64,000 nucleotides of DNA from Azolla caroliniana (GCA_043228905.1 JBHGNT010000084.1:1-64000); one strand, 5' to 3'. Counted from the first letter of the stretch, positions 25,726 through 38,520 are shown. Translations and numbers: made by a program. Notes: a model not told the origin generated them from the letters alone.

Positions 25726-26307
25726 TCTTAATATATAACATGTATATTCATATTTCATTTTAGGGTTGTCAACATTTGACATTTTAATATTTTATGTAAG
25801 ACTTGTTATTTGAATCTGTAGGTTTTTTTGAGAAATTTTATCATCATTTTCATGGCAAATATTTGTTGTACACTTACCATTTTTTGGAGTTTTTGATGTT
25901 TGTTTTTAAGTCGGGCTCCTTCCCTGAGTCGGCCGGGCTCCTGATGACAGAGGTTGTCAAACAACGGGGCTCCTTTTGACAGAGTCAGGCTCCTTCTTAT
26001 TGATGTTGTCAAACAACGAGGTTCCTTTTGACAGAGTCGGGGTCTTGCTTACAGAGGCTGTCTAACAGCGGGGCTCCTGGTGACAGAGGATGTTAGAGAG
26101 TCGAGCTCCTTTTCACAGAGTCGGGCTCTTGGTGACAGACGCTGTCAGCTTTTTATCCATCTTGGATGGTGGAGATTGAATGCGCCATCAACGGTGCGAC
26201 TTGCACCGTCCCTCTCCGCGATTCCCTCGCTTGCCCTCTTAAATATTTGGTAGTAGTTAGTCACGAGCGTACATACATATATGCAATGCATATATGTATC
26301 ATGTATG

Positions 26308-27329
26308 CATAGAACGTAATATTCGTGTTCGTGGTAGCATTCAAACGTTTGAATACCTTTGGAAACGAACACGTTGGAAAGGGGAAAAATACGTGTTCCT
26401 TTTTTTTTATTACTTTTATTACTTTTTTTTCTTCCCTCTCTCTCTCTCTCTCCTCCTCCTCATGAATCTTCTTCTGCTACTCATGATCAGAACGCCACTC
26501 ATCCGCCATATCTTGGTGATCATGATTTCTCCAACAATTATGTTGTGTCTTCGGGTATGGCTATGGCGTTCTTCTTTACAACGACTCTGCCGCCAGGCCA
26601 TGGATGCAATGATCCATGGTTTCTGCTACATCTCAGCCTCCTCAATATAATTCATGGGGAGCGATGGAGAGCTCTGGGCAGTAGGTGTGGCTCATGATCG
26701 TGGAGAGGATGAGGGAGGAGATCCTTAGAGCTAGGGACATGCTCAGAGCCAACATTAATCTCAAGAACACCGTGATGATGAGCAAGAAGAACAGAAGCTT
26801 GATCCACCATGTCGACGAGAATCAGATGAATCATAGTGATGGTGATCCTCATAATCAGATGAATGATGGTCATGGACCATGGTGATCCTCAAAAACAAAA
26901 TCAGAATCAGAGTCATCACGATGATGGCGATGATCAGAAAAATATGAAAAATATGAAGAATCTGAGGACGACGAAGAGAAGGAAGTGAATGGTCTTGGGA
27001 ATACTGCCATAGAAGTTGAAGCTTTAGCTCATAACACTTGCCACTCTCTTGCTCTGTCCCCCTCTTTCTCTCTCTTTCTAATGTTTAGTATTTTAAGCAT
27101 TTCTAAAGTATTGAAACTACCTGCCACTCTCTTGCTCTGTCTCCCTCTTTCTCTCTCTTTCTAATGTTTAGTACTTTAATAATTTCTAAAGTATTGAAAC
27201 CTATTACATGTGATTCAATCAATACCATTCTTATGTATCCAATCCAACGTTAAGATGATTTACCATATACGTATTATTGAATCATTCGCGAATGCGAATG
27301 CGCGTATGATACGAATGGTTCATTCTATG
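26308..27329. mobile_element. Non-autonomous hAT element, copy 1 (1022 bp)
   Basis: TIRs CATAGAACGTAATATTCGT / reverse complement CATAGAATGAACCATTCGT. Perfect 8-bp TSD CATGTATG (26300-26307, 27330-27337). Both ends shared with 59507..60452. Confidence 0.9.
27038..27200. repeat. ~83-bp tandem duplication inside hAT copy 1
   Basis: TGCCACTCTCTTGCTCTGTC(C/T)CCCTCTTTCTCTCTCTTTCTAATGTTTAGTA...TTTCTAAAGTATTGAAAC occurs twice. Confidence 0.9.
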
Positions 27330-28694
27330 CATGTATGTATGTATGAACGAGAGAACCTCATAACACGATTCTGAGTGCTCACAAAACAGTGAATGGCTTC
27401 CTTCATCCCGCTTCTCTCCCTCTCCTAAACCCTCCTTCTGCTTCGGTAAAACCCTGTACGAAGAATCAACGCTCTCAACATGTCGTGTCTTCAATTTTGG
27501 TACCATCTCTGAAGTTCCTCCTCATCTCCTGCGTCAGTCAGTCCGTTTATTCGTCCCGGACTCCTAAATCCATCGTATTGTTGTCATCGCCCCTTATCTG
27601 CAATGTTCCTTCATTGAAACTACTAGATCACGACTGCTTTCCGGATCCTCCATTCTTTCTGTTGTTCATTATACGAGGCTAAGATAAGGTAAGCCTTCTT
27701 CTTCTTCTTCTTCACCTTAATGTTTTGCATTCATTTCCTTGTTCCTCAAATAATCCTCAGCCTCTTAAAGTTCCATAATTTTGAGTTTTCCCCTTTTTTT
27801 ACCATCGTCCCAGACCTTGGGGCCGATTAAATAGTATGACTTTGTTGAAGATAGCCGCAGGTTTAATACGACCTAGTGGGTGTTGTGTCTGTTTTTGTAT
27901 GCTCTTTGAACCTTTTGTTTTACTTGCTTCTCGTAAAGATCTCGGAAGCTAGTATAATGAGCTCATCAGTTTATTTGATTCTTAAATATGTGTATTTCAT
28001 TATCCTCTCAATGTGTATGATATGAATGGAAAATATACTTAGTATCAAGAAGTAGGAGTATGTGCAACATTTGTAACGTGACTTTGAGAAACTGTCTAAA
28101 GATTTTTGTGGACATTTTCAAACTTGTTCCAAGTGGACTTCAGGCACGCTATCTTGTGGACTAGCATTCGAACAACCAAACTGTAAAAGAGATATTTTTG
28201 TGGAACCCACCCTCTGATTTTCTTCTTATTTTACATGTTGTAAATGCATACTATGCCCTTTTCCAGCTTCCAAGAAACTAGTGTCACACTCATTCCATAT
28301 AGAGTTGGTCTCAAGGCCAAGGCGGCTCATTGTGCACAATGCATGGTTCATCTTTATTGAGAGTATATATTCGTTTTGGAGCTATTGATGCTATCATCAT
28401 TGTGCATCCATAAGGTTTCCAAGACACTCATAACTTCATAAGTGCTTTTGCATCTTTGAACGTGTTTGCTAGAAACCCTAATTAATATGCATTTAACAGA
28501 ATCAGGACAAATGCATTTTATGCCCTAACCTTCTGATGCCTTCTTGTTGTACAAACTCTGTATGTTCCAATTTAATTGACGCATAATCTAAAGAGAATTG
28601 ATGAAAGTGATCATTGTCTTCTTCAAGATCCCATTTCCATCAACACACTATATAACACCTTTCGTAGATATGCCAGATTGCATGCATGAATTCC

Positions 28695-29345
28695 CTTTGC
28701 ATTTGGAGTTCTTCTGTGCACCTCCAACAATGCTCAGGGGACACGCTATCAAAAACTTTCTTTTAAGCCCATAAAGCAACAATATAGCTCTTTAATTTTC
28801 AAATGTCATTCTGTTCAGTTGGTCTATGCTCTCAACTTTGTTTCTATAATGCATCCAAATAACTTCGCTATTTGAGGATTGATCTTGATTGTCCATAATT
28901 CACATCAAGCCATTTATGTAGTGGTTTGATCCAAGTTGTACTCCAATTCTGAGGCATACCTTGCTACAATGTATGATTAAACATTCATATATCTCAGTGA
29001 GTGTTTCCTTTCTTGTCCACTGGCTTTAATTTGCAATTGGAGTTCTTCCATACATCTCAATGCTCATGGGACACAAAAACTTTCTTTTAAGACCGTCAAG
29101 CAACAATATAGCTTTTTACTTTTCAAATGAAATTCTGTTCATGTGAGCCCATTCACTCAACTTTGTTTCTATTATACATCTAAATAACTTTGCCATTGGA
29201 GAATTGATCTTGATTGTTCATAATTTACATCAAACCTCTTTATGTGGAGTTTCTATCCAAGTTGTACTCCAATGGTGAGGCATATCTTGGTACAATGCAT
29301 GATTAAACATGTCACATATCTCAACGAGTATGTCCTTTCTCGTCC
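28695..29345. repeat. ~335-bp diverged tandem duplication
   Basis: TTGCA(T/A)TTGGAGTTCTTC...AAAAACTTTCTTTTAAG...AAGCAACAATATAGCT...ATCCAAGTTGTACTCCAAT...ATGATTAAACAT occurs from ~28697 and again from ~29031. Confidence 0.85.
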
Positions 29346-30290
29346 ATTGAAGCATTTTAGGTTTGATACCTTCAAGGTATCATGTCTTGGGAATTGACCA
29401 AAATTGTAAGACTTCTGCATACATCCGTAATAGTGAAGAAAGAAGTCTGATAGAAGAGAACCATGACACATAAATCCACAAGAGTTAATCAACAACAATT
29501 CTCTACATGTTTTCCACTTTATATTTCCCCAAAAGTTAATTTATGCGTGTACTTTGTTCTAAGTTTCGTGAAAATTTCAATTAACTTCTCATTTTCTCCT
29601 TATTTTTCTGAATAAGTTCTTTGTATTAAGTGTAGAGATTGCAGAACATTTTACTTGTCTTTGGTGATGTATAATCTCATATGTGTACTTTTGGTTCTCT
29701 TAGAGTTGCTTATCAAATAATTTTTTCATTGCGCTACATTTGTGGGTGTTTTTATGAGACATATGATTCACTGAAAAGCATTTTCTCCATAGATACATTA
29801 TGACTCTTAAATGCTTCCCACACACATTTTGATGTCATATTTTGGAGCTTTATCTTCTTAATATTTCCTCTTTTATTATTCAAAACTGCTCTAATGTCTA
29901 ATTGCAGTCTAATTGCAGGGTGTCTTGCAATCTTCCTTTGTTTGGCCTTGGGTCTGGTATGGGCTGCACTACATTGTTGTTTAAAAAATGTGTAGTTTAT
30001 GTTTCGAATATGTTTTAGAATACCCTGAAGTATACTATGTTTTAGAAATGCCATTTTAAAATATTTCAATCATTGAACCTTCATAGATGCAGAACTTAAC
30101 AGAACCTTCATAACCACACAACTTAACAGATATGGAGCAGAACTTTAGTCATGATTATTAACTCATATGATTGTGTGAAATTGGGGATTAAGTAATAATC
30201 GGCAATGGTTCGGTTTGAACCGAACTGAACCGCGAAACTGTGGCTTAACGGTTTAAACGGTTTGGTTCGTGTTCAAGTTTTTTTAAATGG

Positions 30291-31141
30291 TGTCACGAAG
30301 ATTCGTGTGCGTGATGTTGGGCGGGACCATGGGGGCCTTGGACTAGGGAGTCTCAGTGAGGGGGGAGGGGGTTGGTGTACTTCTTGCAATACGAGCTTAA
30401 GCGCTCGTCGAGTGAAACAGTCGACAAATGCTGGCACCCTTTCGCCCGACGAGTTTTGTCAAGTCGTTCTGTCCTCAACGAGTGATATCTTGTCGAGTTT
30501 TCCCTTTTCCGCTGACCTTAACATTGAGTGGTCCGTTATGAGTATGGAGTCAAGCGAGTATTCTTGCGAGCGCGACGAGGGACGACGATTACCTGACAGT
30601 TTAGACAAAGTGGCAACAAGGAAACTCATGATAGTAAAGCACAAAGGTACATAAAAACAAATGTTAAAATGGCTTACGAGTTGTGAGAAAAATTTACGAC
30701 GGCCGTTTCGACCAAACTTGAGTACAAGAAAGGGAGGAACAAAATCATAGGGTTTCCAGGGGGGGAGCAAGGTGTTACCCACAACCACCCTAACCACAAA
30801 CCACTAACGGCGAACGGGAAGCACCGACCGCACTCTCTTCTCCGATGATCCCAACCTCCAACGCCAACACGAACAGAAGATCACGAACACGCCTCTGAAG
30901 AGGTGAGAGCACAAACACAATGTCGCCAAGCCCATGACCGCACCACGAACATGTTGATGCCAACAAACCACGGTTTCTCGAACCATGGCCACACAAGCAA
31001 CATGAGCACACCGTGCGTTGAAATACGCCAAGACAGACTTTCCTCATGTTCACAAACACCCCTCGAAAAGGAGAGCACGAACATGCCCTTGAAAAGGAGA
31101 GCAGGGATGTGCCCTTGTGTTCACATACACGCCTCGAAGAG

Positions 31142-31207
<66 letters not shown>

Positions 31208-31260
31208 TCCTCCGTTGCTGATTGTTAGGATTGAGCCTTAATAGGGCACAAACCTTGACA
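30291..31260. mobile_element. Putative LTR (solo or orphan), ~970 bp
   Basis: Starts TGTCACG and ends CCTTGACA (TG...CA with short inverted ends). CpG-rich, compositionally distinct block containing a (GT)n(GA)n tract. No matching TSD, PBS or PPT found. Confidence 0.45.
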
Positions 31261-31299
31261 TATATGGATAATACCTTTAGTGTTTATTATTGTGCACAT

Positions 31300-34200
31300 G
31301 ATAAGGAGCAAAGCATCAGTGTCTCATGATATGAGCTGAGCAGGGCTGGGAGCTATTTGATGAGTACTATTCCAATAAATGACTGGTAACCAAAGAATCT
31401 GAGGACTCCAAAGCAAGGGTACTCATCAAGGTTGGCACTTATGTCATCAAAACAGCTGGTTGAACATGGATAATCATTATTGGTATGCTGAAATGCAAAA
31501 AAGGCACAAATCTCATGGCATAATATAAATGCACCATCCCCAATCCAATTTCACTTGGATTGTCTACACTAGAAAATGCTGGCACTTCTGTCATCAAATA
31601 ACAACATCCCATCAACAAAGAACTATTACAAGTTTCTTTAGCTCCATTACTCATTCTACAAGTAGGGGGTTGACCACAACACTCAAAAAGGGTTATGATA
31701 GATAAGGTAACAACAACTTGTCATGCATGTAGGCCACCACGTCTATCTGGACAACAATCTTGTTAACCTTGGCAAGATAATAAAACCATTATCAAAATAC
31801 CAAAGGTGCTTCCCTCACTTTGAAGGCCTCTCCATTTGGGATCGGCCCATGGCGGTGATATTTTGAGAACAGAGGTTTCAGTCCACGTCCAGAATGTTTA
31901 ATGCTCAGCTATGAGATTCTCTGGCACCATAGGCTATTCTACTTATATATTTATATTTATTATGGTTTGTTGTTCTCAAGATGAGATAACATTTTAAAAT
32001 GTAACCTTTTACTCAATCTTATATGTCATTTTGACCTAAAATAATAATATAGGTGTACTCTTCCTCTTAGAGATCATGAGATATAGACAAGACCAAGGGA
32101 TATATGAGATCCACCAAGGAAGAGAACTTTGACACAGTTCTTCCTCATGGATATTACCAAGGATAGTCTTTGTGATATACAATCAGATATTGTAACCAGA
32201 AAGGAGTAATGAAAACTAGAGTTTAGCTCTTTGTCATTGACATAGAAGATGCCAACTAGAACTATATCTCATATATGGTGTATCTTCATGAGATGAAAGC
32301 CTGTATTGCATGGCATTGGAGACCGCTCCTTGTATCCACTGGCTTTCCACATTAGATCATCATGTGATCAATATTTTCAGAGATTACCATGGATATTAAA
32401 TTCTTACCACAGAAATATAATGAATGGAAATTTCATTCACCTAGCTGCACCCTATACATCTGGTATGTTTGCAATTTTGCATGTTGAAAAACATTTGGAT
32501 GTGCATATTTTACACAGCACCTTGGAAATCTGAGTTTCTAGAGGCCTTCTCCGATTCTTGGGTTTTAGGATACCAAGCATAGAAAATATAGAAAAGCCCA
32601 ACATATTGTAAGTTTCATTAATACTTAGAATTAGAAAAATTACCTAGGGCGACTGGCTGATGCTCAAGCTGACAGCAAGACAACCATGCCCAATAGAGTG
32701 AGACAACATTGCACTGATGCACAATTACTAAACATATAAAATAGAAACCCGGAGTTAGCTGAATACTAGGTAGGAAGAAGGCATATGTTACCTATTTTGC
32801 TTCTATATACCAAAAATAGCAAAGCACTAGGAATTTCTTCAAGGTTGTATTAGATTTGAAAAATTCTTAACTGTGGAAGATATCATGGTCTATGAAATTG
32901 TTTTGACATATACCTCATGTCGATCATCATTTAGTGTGGCATGGGGATAAAATATAAATCATTCTGCAACAAACGAGGAGACTAAAACATGATAAGGGAC
33001 ATTGCCTTCCCTATTGAGAACCCGTGCCACTTTATAATCTCTCCTATGGTTGAGGGTGCATTCTAAGGGACCTGTAGGATGAACATGAAAACACAATAAG
33101 TAACCTTGCTTTTTCCACAGAAGAGATCGTTATTGCATTATAATGTGCCTCCTAATATTAAAAGTCATTATGCGAGGATCTACATATTCCTTGATAATCA
33201 TAGAGCGGGCATTATCACAAGATTAGGGTTTTCAGTTATCCTACTGAGAACTCTTATTGCGGTATAGTATCCCAAGTAAGATCAAGGGTCATTGTGGGGT
33301 CGAAACTTATGTACATTTTCAGATCTTGATTGTTTGTCATCTCTAAGATGGCATGAGGAAAGAATGATCCAGAAAGATGTCGGATTAGTTCAACTCGAAG
33401 GACTGTTCTCAATGAGTAGTGGAGAATAATAAGCAATTCCCAATTGACAATCCCACACGCTTAAAAAAGAAGTTTCGGAAAGGTTTGTGTCTGGATTAAG
33501 ATGGAAATCACCCACCATTCTGTCTTCATGAGGCTTTTGAGGGTTGTAATCACACTATTGTGACTGCACAGCAGTATGTCCCATCAAGTACAAGCAAGAT
33601 CCATTCCTTGATATTATACAGCCATGAAATGAATTAATGATGAATGTCCTTGCGTTAGAGCCTCTTTTTTGCCAAAGAGGTTGCTGGAGCCATTTGAAGC
33701 TGTTCATAACCAACATAAGGTCACTAGAGAAAACTTACATCACTTCAAAGGTGACAGTTATAGAGAGATGATCAATAACACTGAAGGCCCCATCATTGTC
33801 ACTCTTCATTTCCACTCAGGTAATGCTATGTATGTGATCATTGAGGAGAGATTACTGGAGGCGTTAAGGATGCAGTGGCAATATACTAAAATGTCAATTG
33901 GAATATTTCATTCCAAATGTTAACCCTTGAATACTGGCCCCAATACAACATAAAAATGCCATAACATATCCAACCACATACTATTACCCCCATGAGCCTT
34001 AGTTGGCCCAAGTTCTTCAAACTCGCCCATACAGGTTGGGTGTTGAGATAGCTTCATGAAAACATCACCCAATTATGAAGATATGCCGTCTTTGCTATGA
34101 AAACCTAGTGGGCGATCATCATCACTTTTCACATGCTCAATATATAATGTAATTCATGAGAAGTATGTTGATTTGTTAGATGGGCTTCACCAAGAAGGGC

Positions 34201-34300
34201 AAACACATGTGTGTATGCATTATTTTCACATTGAGAGGTTTTACTAAAGAGTAGTAAACCCCTTCCTTTGGAAGGAGTCCCATACAAAATGATATGTTTA
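31300..34300 (-). mobile_element. Decayed Ty3/Gypsy pol remnant (RT, RNase H, integrase, GPF)
   Basis: On the minus strand, in Gypsy order: IDILVY-like RT motif (~33880-33900), RNase H-like IKEW..YLMGH (~33575-33620), integrase-like segment (~32330-32490) and PKWRG(P)FKV GPF module (~31815-31845). Many frameshifts. Confidence 0.6.
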
Positions 34301-35099
34301 TTTTGTTCCATAGGTCAAAATTGTCCTTTTGGACAAAAAGAAATCTAATCTAATCTTTATTTCCAACCAGAAGTACCATTGATGTCACATTTCTTTTTGT
34401 AGTTAGCAAATACAATCTTCCATTCTGTGCAAGCAATCGGTTAATGTCATGTTCTTTCTGACGAATCTATTCATTATGCTCTAGTTAAATTTCGAACACA
34501 TGGATTTTTAGGATCAATGTGAGAATTCCTAAAAATTAAAGAATGCAAGGGATTGAATAATGAACTTCTTTCTTTGTATACTAGAAAAATGATAATGGCA
34601 GCCTTTGGGAGGAAATGAAATAAAGCTATGTTTATATCTGCATGCAGTGATGTATCCAAATTAGACAATGGAAGCTATGACATGTTTGTATATAAACTTG
34701 ACAAATAATTAAGAGCGTACAATATGTCGTAAATAGAAATATATGTATTTAGTAGGGATATCGGTGACTTAGGAATGCTGGAAACTACACAATGAATAAA
34801 CAACAATGATATTTGTGATGAACTCAGAATTGCTGATGGTGAAGTTGGTATTAAAATAAATTTGCTTGTAAATCAGCTTTAACATTGGTCCTTTTATGTG
34901 CAATAAAGCTCAAGACTTGTTTTATTTCTCGGTTGGCTAACATAGACATAAAGATGTGCATTCATGCACAAATATAGAAGCACCACTCACATATGGACCT
35001 AACATAGCAAGGTGTGATTGGATGATAAGGCACACATATAGACAAACTGTGTGAGTGGATAGCAAAAACTCTTGAATCTGAACCTACAATGTTGGTAGT

Positions 35100-36120
35100 G
35101 GATGTGGAAGTAGAGGTAGTGATAGTGCTCTACTTTCTGGTGGTGGTAATGCTACGTTATGCATATGAGCTCTAGATGCAGGTTGAGATTCCAAAAGTGT
35201 TGTTCTAGCAGGCCTAGATGAAAGTTTCTCATGAATATATGCTTGGATGAATCTTATCATTTTGTTATTACATTTTGTTTGTTTGATCTTGCAATTAAAA
35301 AAGCTCCATTTAGTTCTTTTGAATAACATAGCTCATGTTTATTTCTTTGATTCATAACCCATGTTGGATAGCACCTCATGTCCTCCCTTCCCATCTCAAA
35401 ATTGAGGTACTTACGGCTACCTATAAGTTGCCTTAACACCATTACATGGCTGAACACATTGCCCTTTCTCATGGGCAATTTCAAAGACCACTTTGGATCT
35501 ATTATAGTCATTGTTTGTTTCTCTCAACCTTTGTTAATGGCCACGTAAAACCCAAAATCCTCCATCTTTCTCATGAACAGACTTCTGATCTATATTGCTT
35601 CATGCCATGGTTGTCCAACATCAGACCATAGTTAATCCATTGAAAAAAATAACAGCATCATTGAAAAGTAGAATAACAAAAATCAATTGAAATACTCACG
35701 AGTTTTTATTCATTTACAATGTGCTCACTCCATTTGCAATATTCATTAGTAATGTTTTTTTACCAAGTCCATACACATTATGTGAACAAAGTTCCACATT
35801 GTTCTGGCTAGCAGTTTTCTTCGACACATTTTTCTCCCATGAACTATGTGCATTGTCAATTCAACTTTCATTTGGAGAATTCTTCAATGAGTGTCATGTA
35901 CATCTCCAAATACTTCCAACTTTGGAGACAAAAATAAAATCTTTGTACTCTTATCACTTTTGATGGTGCGAAATTTACTATCAAAAGTGTTCAAATTCAT
36001 CTTGCACTTGAGCCCTATTTACATATTTCATGTGGTCTTCTCTGACTGTCACACATTTATAATTATGTCAAGGCACTGCATCAAATTGTTTCTCAGTGTC
36101 TTGTTTTTCAAGTTTTATTC
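35100..36120 (-). mobile_element. Decayed LINE fragment
   Basis: Broken frames resembling LINE RT/post-RT sequence; weak evidence, boundaries approximate. Confidence 0.3.
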
Positions 36121-36568
36121 TTAATTACACTAGAGAAAATATTTAATAATGTGAAAATAAGATGCTGGCAAAAACTTTACCGTACAATATTATGCTGGCC
36201 AACTTCTAATACAAATACATAAACAAAATATCTGTGAACTATTTTTTGGCAGGTTTAATTAGCAAATTCAACCAAAACAATTAACTGTCTCCTCATGCTT
36301 GCAATGCAAAATAGTATATTTACCATATGCCTAAGAAACTGTTATTGAATTGTCTTTTCAATAAAATACAGATTCAAGCTATTAAGTTTAGTTTTCCATA
36401 TTGTGATCAATATGGAGTCTAAACAAAAACTCCACAACAATATATTTTGAAGAAACTATATCTTCCTCCTAAAGATGTCATTTTCTTGGTTTGAACTATA
36501 TCAGCTTCACACAAGTGCCATTGGAGATCTATTTCTTCTTGCACTGCTTTTATTTAGAGCAGAATTGC

Positions 36569-36892
36569 GAATTAATGTGATACACTTGCCAAAATATTGT
36601 TTACTTGTATACAATAAATTTTTTCTTCTTTTGATAACCAAGAGTATTGTAAAATCATGAACAAATACTACCAACAAGCATTTCATATTCAGGAAACTGG
36701 TTGCACATCACCCATAAAATCCTTCAAGCAAAATTGTGAATTAATGTGATACACTTGCCAAAATATTGGCCACTTGTATACAATAATTTTTTTCTTTGAT
36801 AACCAAGAGTATTGTAAAATTATGAACAAATACTACCAACAAGCATTTCATATTGGGGAAACTGGTCGCACATCAACCATAACATCCTTCAG
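36569..36892. repeat. ~170-bp tandem duplication downstream of GRF
   Basis: GAATTAATGTGATACACTTGCCAAAATATTG...GATAACCAAGAGTATTGTAAAAT...CAAGCATTTCATATT...GCACATCA occurs at ~36569 and ~36738. Confidence 0.9.
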
Positions 36893-37511
36893 AATTCCAA
36901 AAATATGCTAGGAACCAAGTAATTTTTCAAGTAAATCATTCAAGCATAGCTTATCGATTGGTGGGAAATGGTGTCATGCAAATTTTCGGAGACAATTTGC
37001 ATGTGGAAAAAAGCATCTCCAGAAGGCGACAACACACAACCGTGCATCTCGCAAAGATCCATGAACAATGTGTCTACAAAGTCAATGCATCAAGACGAGT
37101 GTTGGTAATGCATGCAATATTTGTAATCCTACATCAAGCTATGATATATTGAAGCATTATCAACACTCCAGATGATACATATTCTAGCCTAAGAGAGTTT
37201 CTTTTGTTAAATGTTTTGGGGTTTACGCTGTGGTGTTAAGAATTAACAGGTCATGTTTTGGGGTTAGGACTAAGAGTGGCCTGAGGTTCAGGTTAATGTT
37301 AGGCTATGTTCAGATTGGATTTAGTAGGTTTAAGGCAAGTAGGAGATCGTTTGGATACCATCCGAAGCTCAATCAGTACCTTTCAATGCATCTACATCTC
37401 CAGAATTTACCCCTTTACTTGCTTCTTTTCTATCTGTTAAACATGACAATACATTCCAGTTTTCAAATAGTTAACGCTCCACTTCAGGTTTCAATTCAAT
37501 CTTTTCAAAAA

Positions 37512-38520
37512 CTAGTACTTTGGGTTTTCAATGTTACCTCTTGAAGGTGAAGAAGAGGTCAATGGTGGGCTACCTCGAGGGCTCTCCTCCTCCCATCCCT
37601 CAGTCATGAGATTAAGACCACCTGAATTCTTATTACTTGATCTCGGAGTGCTTGACTGAAGAACTTCAGCCAAAGGGCCACCAACTGGTGTTTCCCAGGC
37701 AATCGGAATCCAATTAGCTTGATTTTGTTGGCCGACATGATGATCATGGTGATGGTTATGATTCCTATGATCTTCATGTATTCCTAGTCCCATCCCAACC
37801 CCAAGCTCTACACCTAGAGGAATCTCATCCTCCCCTCCTCTTGACATCGATAACTTCAAAGGAGACAGTTTTAGCTTCGATCCCGGATCATTAGGTGACC
37901 CTGAAGTTGTGTTATTGAAATCTGAGGAGTTTCCTGATATAGGTATTGAAATTGAAAGTTGTGTAGTGGAAGAATTCCGATGATGATGCGGCTTTTCATC
38001 CTCAACATCCGACCATGAGAGAGTGGATGCATCCTTTGATCTTGGCCAATCATCAAAGAAGTGTCGCAGAGGTTGGCTCTCTTGTGATTGATCTCTTGTA
38101 ACTGCCTCTGTAACTGAACCATAACCACCGCCGAGGAAGTTAGAGTATTGATGGTGTTGCTGTCCGCTTGGTTCTGTTGGCATCAGGTTAAAATCGCTTC
38201 CGAGTAATGTTCTCAATTGAGGAGAGGTATATTGCATCATAGCCGAAGGGCTACTTTCCTTCATCGATTGTTGTGATATTGTCGCGGTTGGGCTTGGAGA
38301 AGGAGCTCTAGATTGTTGCATTGATGCATGAGATCGCCACGAGTTCATATTGTTATTAATAGATGAGATTATATTTAAACCTCCACTTTGTTGTTGGTTC
38401 ATTGATTGAAAATCTTGGCTCATGTTTGTTGCTCTTGTGCTACCTGAAGCTTCAGCGAAAAGTTGCATTTGCTCTGCACCTAGATCAAGATCACTTCTAC
38501 CAGCAATTCCACTCATATAT
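37512..38520 (-). CDS. GRF: Growth-regulating factor, exon 4 (C-terminal FFD, TQL and GGPL motifs)
   Basis: QPLRHFFDDWP, TTQLSISIP, LKLSPLKLS and VGGPLAEVL motifs. Acceptor gtggacAG at 38521-38522; phase-2 junction CG|A. Stop TAG at 37512-37514. Confidence 0.92.

Larger units (their letters stand above)
21393..26268 (+). mobile_element. Mutator-like element (MULE-B), ~4.9 kb, internally deleted, Ulp1-carrying (Kaonashi-like)
   Basis: ~120-bp TIRs CTAACTACTACCAAATATTTA(T/A)GAGGGCAAG(T/C)GAGGGAATCGC(A/G)GAGAGGGACGGTGCA starting at 21401 and ending (reverse complement) at 26260. 10-bp TSD GTACACACAT (21383-21392) / GTACATACAT (26269-26278). Arrays of GAGCCCGACT (left) and AGTCGGGCTC (right). 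Internal transposase and Ulp1 remnants. Confidence 0.9.
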
